A stretch of DNA of 63,794 nucleotides, filler included, from Octopus bimaculoides (taxonomy: Eukaryota), in assembly GCF_001194135.2 (NCBI RefSeq). It is 8 parts of 7 records of this genome, joined end to end, with 100 filler letters (N's around TTAATTAATTAA, not from the genome) between each part and the next. Parts side by side here need not be neighbours in the genome. Positions count along the whole stretch, not along the records: positions 52,949 to 55,913 come from NC_068998.1; positions 56,014 to 58,813 come from NC_068998.1; positions 58,914 to 61,919 come from NC_068993.1; positions 62,020 to 63,794 come from NW_026385916.1; 4 more parts are not named here. One strand, given 5' to 3'. Of the stretch, positions 53,027-63,794 are shown piece by piece. The notes under the pieces were generated by a model. It was given only the letters and a program-made list of their open reading frames with translations, was not told the origin of the DNA and did no database searches. Numbering within the stretch: position 1 is the first letter of the stretch; every line of letters begins with the position of its first letter. The translations under genes and the position numbers were made by a program.

Positions 53027-55297
53027 TGTCGCACCCTGTCTCTTCCGTATATGCATGAAACCTTTGACCCTCTATTATCCATCATGTTCTTTTTCTAACG
53101 GTAGAGTGTGACATATGAGGGAGATTTATTTGCTATTTCTAGCATGTCAAACGACCATGGAGAGGCTCCCTCGATGGCTCACGAATTTGGTGGTGTGTGA
53201 TTGTGTCTGTGGTGGGGGTGATGATGGTTGTTGCTATTTAACTCTATGTCTGCTCTGATCAAGCAGACCTAAGATCATGCAGACATTCCAACCATAACAA
53301 TCCCGTTGGTTTTCCCTACCAGATATAGAGTAGCTTTAGTTCAAATTCTTATCAGTTAGGGTTTTATTATGGACCTGCCTCTGGAATATTCCTCTCAGAT
53401 TGCAGGCTTGGACACTTATTCGTTTTTATTATTCCGGGCAAAACGTTTATCAGCATTTCGTTCGACTTTATGTTCTGAGTTCAAATTCGGCTGAGACATT
53501 GTATATTTAGAATATAGGATACATTTTAGATCGTACTTAGAAGTTCGACTGACTACGTGACATGAACGTACTCTGTCAGAGCTGACCCAGCGCTAAACAC
53601 CATTACACCACCACCGACTACAACAAGAGCTACAACAACAAAATGGGTACCTCTGCGTGGTCGTTAAGAAATCGAGAAATAGCAACTAAATCACCCCCAC
53701 ATCGGTTCCAACTTTCTCGGGAAACGTAGTCTGAATTAAAAAAAAAAAAGAAAAAAGAAAAATTAAAAAAGAAAAGGAAAAAGAGATAGCAATGTCTTTT
53801 GGATCCGAGCTGAAAAGGAACTAAAGCAACAACAGCAACAACAACAACGAAAACATGGGTGGTTCTATGTGGTCTTTAGACTATCTAGAAAGAACAGCTG
53901 AATCTCCCACAAGCCACACTCGATTATCTTAAAGAGAAAATGACCAGCGTCTGAAGAGGTGGAGAGGGAGAGAGGAGGGAGGGGAGAGGGAAAGAGAAGG
54001 AAGGAGAGAGAGAAAGAGGGGAGAAAACGAGGGAGAGAGCGGGAAAGAGAGAGAAAGAGAGAGAGGGGGGGGGAGAGAAAAAGAGAGGAAGATAACCGGA
54101 CACCGTTTACCAATATCTTCTGGAAGAGGGAAGACAACAAAGGTGTCTTTATGTGATTTTGAAGCCATCTAGAAATAGCAGCCAAATATCGTTCAACTCA
54201 CACTTGGCTATCTTAAAAAAGAAGTTGCTTGTGTCTGAAACAGAGAAGGAAAAAAATGACCGCTGGTCACAGCGGCAACATCTTTTATATCTTAAGTCTT
54301 GTGGACATAGNNNNNNNNNNNNNNNNNNNNNNNNNNNNNNNNNNNNNNNNNNNNNNNNNNNNNNNNNNNNNNNNNNNNNNNNNNNNNNNNNNNNNNNNNN
54401 NNNNNNNNNNNNNNNNNNNNNNNNNNNNNNNNNNNNNNNNNNNNNNNNNNNNNNNNNNNNNNNNNNNNNNNNNNNNNNNNNNNNNNNNNNNNNNNNNNNN
54501 NNNNNNNNNNNNNNNNNNNNNNNNNNNNNNNNNNNNNNNNNNNNNNNNNNNNNNNNNNNNNNNNNNNNNNNNNNNNNNNNNNNNNNNNNNNNNNNNNNNN
54601 NNNNNNNNNNNNNNNNNNNNNNNNNNNNNNNNNNNNNNNNNNNNNNNNNNNNNNNNNNNNNNNNNNNNNNNNNNNNNNNNNNNNNNNNNNNNNNNNNNNN
54701 NNNNNNNNNNNNNNNNNNNNNNNNNNNNNNNNNNNNNNNNNNNNNNNNNNNNNNNNNNNNNNNNNNNNNNNNNNNNNNNNNNNNNNNNNNNNNNNNNNNN
54801 NNNNNNNNNNNNNNNNNNNNNNNNNNNNNNNNNNNNNNNNNNNNNNNNNNNNNNNNNNNNNNNNNNNNNNNNNNNNNNNNNNNNNNNNNNNNAGCGACTG
54901 AGGGTGGATGGCCCTGGCTGAAATGCTAATTATTTGATCATAGGTCTGTTTGGTCTGCTCAATTGGAAATGACCATGGGCTAAACAACGACGACGACGAC
55001 GACGACGACGGTAGTGACTTGAAGGCATTCTCTTTCGGTTATATTAGAGCTACTCAAAAGTCTACAAGACGTATTTCTTAATTCCTAAAATGGAAAGGAA
55101 CAAAAATGACATTGTAACAAGAGAAAAAGAGAAGGAAGTTAAAATTTCACATAGAATTTATTTTGGCAAAGGAAAAATCTTCTAAAAGAAATGTTACTTT
55201 GGTTCCAAATTCTCTAAGTCGGTCCGTAGTCACTGTGTGTATGATAAGAAACATTTTCAACTAAAACAGTTTATTTATAAATCACACATATCACCAT

Positions 55298-55353
<56 letters not shown>

Positions 55354-56653
55354 CCACAGAAGCATACACATACATATACATATACACGCGTACTGGCATG
55401 CACACAGATACACACTCGCATATACACACACATAGACTCTGGCGTTCTCTCTCGAAAACATTTGCGTTGCTCTGGAATTATGGGTAAAACTGAAGGAATA
55501 TTTTAACTTCTGCAGGAAGACGATAAACAATTGATCTTTTTAGGAAAAACTTAACATGAGTTCTACACTAAAACGGTTCGTAGTCTAAGAATAGAACTGA
55601 AAGTCTTCCGTCAGTCTTGTAGATTATATCATAAGATAAAATTATCAAGAATTTTTCCACTTTTGAAACAATTACACTACCGAAACGGCATCAACATCAA
55701 CACCATAAACAACATCACCAGCTATCAAACAGCATCTTTCTCTTCTTTTTCTTTCTTCCTTTTCTTCTTTCTTTCCCTTTTTTTTTACTCTTCTTCTTTT
55801 TGTTCTTTTCATCAAAATTACCGGAAGTAAGTTTCTAGAATTATGTGTATGTATGTGTGTGTATGTGTATTTATGTATATTATACATACATACATACATA
55901 TATATATATATATNNNNNNNNNNNNNNNNNNNNNNNNNNNNNNNNNNNNNNNNNNNNTTAATTAATTAANNNNNNNNNNNNNNNNNNNNNNNNNNNNNNN
56001 NNNNNNNNNNNNNATATATATATATATATATATAAAATACAGTGTACATTTAATACCCATTAGAGATGCCCATAAAAGGACATATAACCCGCTAGAAAGA
56101 GCAGCCAAAGCTCTGCACCACAAAATTAGGGAAAACTTCGAAAAGGAATGAAAAATAGAAACATTTACCATCTATATTTCGGAATAGCCTGCTGATGATA
56201 GTTGGCCTCGCAAAATAGCTTGTTTTGCTAAAATAACTTGAAACCTGGTTCGGAGTATAGATGGTAAATGTTTTTATATTTCATTCCTTTTATATATATA
56301 TATATATATATATCGCATAATTTAGCACATACACTATATGAGCCAAACAGAGGTGTATTAAACACGTATATGATATGTGTGTATGTGTGTACCTCATGTT
56401 AAACTAATAAACATCAGAGGTAACATTTTATATGAACTAAGCTAATATGAACTAAGTTAATATAATAATTATCAATATTAAATTTTATTATTATTGCTCT
56501 TATGATGATTGTATTTATTAATAGGGTTATTAGATATTTCCGTGTGAAATAAAATTGAAACACAACGCTTGAATGCATGATTGAGGTTAGATGTCCATGG
56601 AGCAGTTCTGTGGAAAAACCTCCGTATTTCTCTTGTCTCCAATATTGTCCATC

Positions 56654-56716
<63 letters not shown>

Positions 56717-56955
56717 CCTATCTACCTGTCTACCTATCTATCTATTTATCTATTTAGCTAGATAGCTAGCTAATGTATACATTCATGCATACATACATGC
56801 TTACATAGGCATACAGACAAATGCACACGAATACGTATTTGTAATGGTGTATGCACGTAAGTAATTTTCCATATGTCGCTCTACCTATACCTCTTTCCAC
56901 TCTTAGTACATGTGCGATTATCCTATTTCTCTAGAAATATATGAGCATATACGAG

Positions 56956-57016
<61 letters not shown>

Positions 57017-57045
57017 TGAGAGAGAGAGAGAGGGAGAGTGACGAA

Positions 57046-57113
<68 letters not shown>

Positions 57114-58514
57114 CTTACATACATACACAGGTACGATGCTAAGTTACAGTCCGAGTTCATTTACCAGTATCACAATATTATTGAATTATCTGTTTACCAT
57201 TCATTCCGTACACATACTATATAATATTAATACATGTAATATATTAAAAATGTAATATATTTGTGCGAAATATACGTACATCATTCTTTATCAAATCTTT
57301 AGTCAATTCACGTTCAGAGTTAATATTTCCTATGGTGAAAATAAATGAATATCCGTTTAAAATATATTATAATTTTCATGTACTCATATGCACATATTTC
57401 CAATACACAAATACACATTTTTGTTTTTTATTTGTTGCAGTCATCGGATTGCAACCATGCTCGAGCATTGCTCCAATCTTTCACTCGATAGAATCGATAA
57501 CTTCAATTTTTTTCCTAAATCTGATACTTACTCTGTCGTACCCTTTCTGTTGAACCGCGACTTTACATGCACTTAAACAAACCAGCACCAGTCGATATAT
57601 ATTGCAACCAGGGAGAGAGCTATTCCAGTAATCGAGACCGTCAGAGCGCATGGTTTCGCCCTTATAATGTCATTCTCGGTGATAAATAAGCAGTTGGATA
57701 GATGGCGTCCTCCTGGAGATACAATAGCAATATCGCCCCTTCTTAGCGAACACCCATTCTAAGATGGCGACGAACATTATTTCTCAGTATAGATACTGCA
57801 TTCGTCTCTAATAGAGATTTTCTTAACGAGGTAATTAATTAGTGACTGTGTCACTTATGTTTATATATGACTAGTGAATGAGTGTCCATCATCGAGGATG
57901 GCTATAATAAAGTCATAACCGCGCGGTTGACGGACTAGATGGCTGGAATACTGGAAAGGTTCTCTCCCCACTTGCAATATATATCGAGTACAAAGCACAC
58001 TGGATAAACAGCTGGAGGAGGCGTACTCCTGGGGTTAATATTGCAGTATCGTACGTTCTTAGAGAACGCCCATTTTTAGATAACGATAAACATTGCATCT
58101 TTATGATATATATATATATATATATGTATATCAGTTTAGTATCCTGTTCCTCATGTTCCAAATTCGACACCTCTGCTCCTCTAAACGGCAGCCGCACACT
58201 TACACACACCACACAACTCCTCCCTTCCACTACTCTCTTAATCCGTCTCACACAACTTCTCTACGTCATTAATCTCAATACCCACACCACATACACCATT
58301 ATGCCCATATAGCATATGCAAGTACATGCAAGCACTCACACGCACATGCAAAGCCACAAACACATCGCTCAACACGGCATACGCATGTCTTGAGTCATAA
58401 AGATACACACGCACGCTCTCAAACGTACACACACACACACGCACACACACACACACACACACGCATACACACACAGAGAGACACGCATGTAATATCATGC
58501 TTGCCCTCACGTAC

Positions 58515-58660
58515 ATACTCACTGTTAATCCGGACGCAATTTTATCTCTATTTTCTGTCTCTCTCCGTTTTCTTTCATCATTCCTTTCTGTCGAACCGTG
58601 AAACACTTCTGTTTTCCTGAGCGTGTAACTAATACAACTTTTTCGTTGTTACCGAACTTG
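58515..58660 (+). mobile_element. PLE terminal repeat copy 4, degenerate
   Basis: TTCCTTTCTGTCGAACCGTGAAACAC...TTCCTGAGCGTGTAACTAATACA parallels copy 3. Confidence 0.6.
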
Positions 58661-58772
58661 TCACTGTCATCCATTATTTTTCTTTTGGACTTTGTACATT
58701 TGGATCAATCCAATACACACGCACACACAAAAAAACACACACATACATATATATATATACATTCATACATCG

Positions 58773-58813
<41 letters not shown>

Positions 58814-60106
58814 NNNNNNNNNNNNNNNNNNNNNNNNNNNNNNNNNNNNNNNNNNNNTTAATTAATTAANNNNNNNNNNNNNNNNNNNNNNNNNNNNNNN
58901 NNNNNNNNNNNNNAATTATTAAACTTTAATGTTTGTTTCTCATAAAATGGTGTAAATTTAATTTACATTAAATTATTATTTACGATTATTTAAGGCAAAC
59001 ACAAGTAAAACGCAAAATCTTTTCACTTTAATGTTTTTGTCTGTATTTAATTTCGATTTGCATATGTTCGTCAATTCGCTACGATCTCTTTAAAGTAAAC
59101 AAAATAAAAAATTTATATGGGGGTGGGGGTGAAATTTAAAAAAAATTAATTTTTCTATATTCGTAATCTCCGACATCTAAAACGTAAGAACGCGACAAAG
59201 TTTTTTTTTAATGCATTTTTCAAGGAGAGGTGCGAAACTGCATTAGCCCCATATAACTATAAAAGGCATAGGGCACATTGCGCAATTATCGGGGACCCAC
59301 AGGTCCAGGATCTCGATGTTAATCTATGTATTTTAGATCTTAGATCCTCCTGTGCAATGAGCACAACAGGCACCAAGCCTTTTCCAAACATCCCGGTTGC
59401 TCGCTTTCCTCTTGGTGTGTGTGTGGATGTATGTGTACGTGGAAGTAACTCCCCTCGCAATCATATCGTCCCTGGAACGTACTGGTACCTTTTCTGTTTG
59501 GCTGCCACTTTGCAGTTTCTCCAACTTTTGTTCCAATTGATTTCATATTTGGTGTAATGATGTAGTCTGGTATGGTAGTCATTGACATAAAATTCATTTT
59601 CACCATAAATCAATGAATAAAGAGTTAATTGTTTTTAAAGTTTTCAAATTTTGGGTAACTTTAACCACTCGAAAGCCACAGACATGTAAGGTGCCTGTTT
59701 CTATAGTAACAAGCCAAGCTGTTACCAAACTGCTAACCCACGCGGCCATTTTTTGGTTATTAAATGGTTAAAACATGGTATGATACCGTTAAGGTGGCCA
59801 GTGATGACGGGATTACAACAACCGACTGCTCGAGTTGGTCATTTCCAGTTATCATAAAGGATATCTTGGTTTGAGTTCCTTACAAAGTCACTAGTAAAAG
59901 ACAGACTGACATTAATCTTGATACCTTCTTGGAGCAGATAATAGATCTGTCTTTTTAATCTGGGATCAAAACAACACAAATACATAAATACCTATTAAGA
60001 AATGGAATAAAGATAAAAGAACGAGAAGAAAGGAACAGATTTTTTGTTTCTGAACTTATTGTCCAAATCATCACCGCCGCCACCGCCGCAACCCCAACCC
60101 TACCCC

Positions 60107-60151
<45 letters not shown>

Positions 60152-61110
60152 TTTCATTGAATCTTTTGACGATTCCCGTTCCCCCACACTTTATCATTCC
60201 ATATCTAATTTATCTTTCGTTATCTTTCTATCTCTCTGTCTCTGTCGCTCTTTGTCTCTGTCGCTCTTTGTCTCTCTCTCTCTCTCTCTCTCCATGTCTC
60301 AAACCCTTTGTCAGTTACACACCCCTCTCTTCTGGTCGCTGGTCTTCCAGAACTCATTAGCCCTCATATCTTCCCCCACGTTTCATATCTCGTCTTAATA
60401 ATAAAAGATTAAAACAAGCACATCAGAGATGAACTATTTTTTTTCTTCTTCTGACAAGCCTCTTCATTTGTCGGTGTGACGGAGTGGCGGATTGGTAAGG
60501 GTAGTGACATAGTTGATAGGTGCGTGGTTGGCTGGGTGTGTGACATAGTGGAGGAGTTGGGAGTGGTGTTGGAGGTGATAGGCCCAGCCATTGAATACGG
60601 CAGCCGTCAGATTGAGATGAAGAACAAAGGCGACTTGTTGATGCTCTGCTAGATATAGTTCCACTTGACTGCTTGTTTCGAAAAACCTTCTCAGATTATC
60701 TTCTTAAACAAGGCTTCGGTCGTTCTTCTGCACACACACACACACACACANNNNNNNNNNNNNNNNNNNNNNNNNNNNNNNNNNNNNNNNNNNNNNNNNN
60801 NNNNNNNNNNNNNNNNNNNNNNNNNNNNNNNNNNNNNNNNNNNNNNNNNNNNNNNNNNNNNNNNNNNNNNNNNNNNNNNNNNNNNNNNNNNNNNNNNNNN
60901 NNNNNNNNNNNNNNNNNNNNNNNNNNNNNNNNNNNNNNNNNNNNNNNNNNNNNNNNNNNNNNNNNNNNNNNNNNNNNNNNNNNNNNNNNNNNNNNNNNNN
61001 NNNNNNNNNNNNNNNNNNNNNNNNNNNNNNNNNNNNNNNNNNNNNNNNNNNNNNNNNNNNNNNNNNNNNNNNNNNNNNNNNTCTTCTTAAACAAGGCTTC
61101 GGTCGTTCTT

Positions 61111-61148
<38 letters not shown>

Positions 61149-61175
61149 GCAGACGTAAACAAGATGGTAAGAGCG

Positions 61176-61217
<42 letters not shown>

Positions 61218-61734
61218 CTATGCAGATGTGAAGAAGATGGTGAGGGTGATTGTGATAGCAACATGTGCCAATACACATTGAGACATATTGACTACTGAAG
61301 GAAACTGTCTTCAGTTTGGTCTGAATATAGCAGGATTTGAACTCAGCACGGTAGCTAACAATGTTTTCTTCTATCCCGAAAAAATCAGTACTCATCTCTC
61401 TTCATCGTATATTGTGTCTAAATCTGAAATATTAACTCTAAGGCTGGTGGATAGCAGAATCGGAAGGTCCCTTTTACATCCTGTCTTCCCCATTAATCTT
61501 TCTGTGTTCAATTAAAGAAACATTAGGCATAGAGTCCTCTATTATCATTATTGGAATCCCTCGGTGCCAAAAATTTGATTCCATCGAATTTATTCTAAGA
61601 GGTATTCTACGATGAGAATGTGATTAGAATGATGTAGAAAATGATTGCAAGACGGATTCATCAAGCCGAGCCAACAAGCAAGAGACCTAGAGGTAGACAA
61701 AGAACGAAATGATTGGATAGATTCCAAGTGTGAC

Positions 61735-61864
61735 CTGGTGGTAAGAAGCTTACTAACCACATGTTTCTGGCTGGCACCTTGGGCAAACGTTTTCTGCTAT
61801 AGCCTCGGGCCAACCAAAGCCTTGTGAGCGGATTTGGCAGACGGAAACTGAAAGAAGTCCGTCG

Positions 61865-61865
<1 letters not shown>
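61735..61865 (+). mobile_element. SINE group B, 5' part
   Basis: GTGGTAAGAAGCTTACT...GGCACCTTGGGCAA...GGATTTGGCAGACGGAAACTGAAAGAAG. Confidence 0.8.
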
Positions 61866-61919
<54 letters not shown>

Positions 61920-62019
61920 NNNNNNNNNNNNNNNNNNNNNNNNNNNNNNNNNNNNNNNNNNNNTTAATTAATTAANNNNNNNNNNNNNNNNNNNNNNNNN
62001 NNNNNNNNNNNNNNNNNNN

Positions 62020-63760
62020 AAACAAAAGAGGGACTCGTGAAAACCAAAGCCATCCCCATTAGAAGAGGATTATTCCGGAGAGACACGCTCGCTCCACTCC
62101 TGTTCTGCTTGGCACTGACACCTTAATCTGACTTGCTAAATAGAACTAGATGCGGATACAAATGTTACGGCAAAACAATCAGCCACCTTTCTTATATAGA
62201 TGACCTAAAATTATACGCTACAAATGATAAACAGCTGGAAACACTACTACACACAGTACATGGATTTACCAAAGAATTAGATATGAAAAATGTGTCAAAG
62301 AAACCCTGAAAAGAGGAAAACTAGTTAAGAGTAGCAACATCACACTAGATAAAGCCAATGAAATAAGAGAATTAGACCAAAGCCAAACATACAAATATTT
62401 AGGAATCAATGAGCTAGATAGGATACAACGCACATAAATGAAAGAAGAAAAAAAGAATACTATAAACGAGCTAGATTAATACTAAAAACAGAGCTGAATG
62501 CAAAAAAAAACCAAACAAGATAATAGGTATCAGCACTATAGCTGTCCCAGTTATAAGTTACAGCTACAATATCCTTAACTGGACACTAAATGAACTAACG
62601 AAAATAGATAAGAAAAATAATGACAGGATCTAGAATGCACCACCCAAAATCTGACAGAAAGGCTATGTACAGAAGGTGGTAGAGGCCTTATACAGCTGGA
62701 AAACTAATATAAAAAAAACCACCATAGTACTGCAAAAATACCTACTTCAGAAGAAAAGAAAACTAATACAAATAGCCACTAAACACGAGCAAAAAATTGT
62801 TTTCAGTATTTAAGGAAGCGGACAAATACAAACGAGAAATTATACTACCTAACAAATATGAAGAAGAAGAAGAAACAACAAAAGCTATAAAACAAATGAA
62901 ATCCAAACTAAAACTAGAACAGCAACGGATCATGAAAAAACGATGGCAAGAAACGCCCCTTGCAGGGAAATAGACAGAAAAAAAATCCCAGAAATTCCGG
63001 ACTCAAAGCAGAGACTGAAGGATTTTTGATTGCTGCACAATACCAAAGACTCCCCACCAGAAATTACCAAAAACATATAATGAAAAGAAGCATAAGTAAC
63101 TGCAGAATATGTGGTGATGGACAAGAAACAATAAATCATATTATCTCTGGCTGCCCAGTCCTGGTTAAGAAGGAATATATTCACAGACACGACAGAGCTG
63201 GAATCTACATACACTGGAAGCTATGCCAACACTATGGAATAAAAACAGAAAAAAGATGGTATAGGCACACGCCAGAAAAGGTCACAGAAAACGAGAAAGC
63301 AACCATACTCTGGGATATGCCAATATACACAGATAGAGAAATTAAGGCCAATATAGTTGTCAGAGATTATGAAGAAAAAAATGCTTTCTAATTGATGTAT
63401 CAATACCAGCAGATGACAACGTTTCCCGAAAATAAATGGAGAAACTATCAAAATACAAAGACCTGGAAATAGAGGTAACTCGAATGTGGAATTTAGAAAC
63501 AGAGACAATTCCTATCATAGTAGGTGCCTTAGGTATGATAAAAAAATATTCAGACAAATACATAACAAAAACACCAAGACTTACAAATATATATAACATA
63601 CAGAAAATTGCACTCCTGGGCACTGCATACATCCTACGCAAAACAATTTCAATACAGTAACCATAAGAACATCACAGCAAAACACAGCACATACCCAAGG
63701 CACACAGAGCTGCGCTCGGTAGTGAAGTGAAAGCTATAAATATGAAACTACTGAATAATG

Positions 63761-63794
<34 letters not shown>
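62020..63794 (+). mobile_element. R4/Dong-clade non-LTR retrotransposon (RT, CCHC finger, RLE), decayed, ending in (TAA)n
   Basis: PLLFCLALTP...ISHLSYIDDLKLYA; CRICGDGQETINHIISGC...YIHRHD; ILWD...; EKLSKYKDL...IPIIVGALG. Confidence 0.92.

Noticed and set aside
60409-60700. Possible exon on the minus strand
   Set aside because: All frames hit stops upstream, and no splice sites or homology were recognised.

Overview
Repeat-dominated, AT-rich animal DNA. An octopus (coleoid cephalopod) origin is inferred from the SINE families, microsatellite load and RTE/Penelope content. The window is at least 8 pieces joined by seven artificial 100-bp linkers (N44-TTAATTAATTAA-N44), so adjacency across them is unproven. 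Only one host coding exon is recognisable: an MZT2/MOZART2-like exon at 50150-50447. The rest is decayed transposons and microsatellites: mariner/Tc1, hAT, Gypsy LTR, RTE and R4/Dong LINEs, Penelope-like elements (PLE) and three tRNA-derived SINE groups. Most ORFs in the track are microsatellite or gap artefacts. Best leads: (1) a PLE terminal repeat present four times, with a minimal hammerhead-ribozyme fold whose core is consistently CUGUUGA; (2) a GG-ended, 8-bp-TSD (Merlin-like) DNA element in a three-layer nest; (3) modular SINEs that swap heads, bodies and tails; (4) several fold-back structures; (5) a tandem GC-box array.
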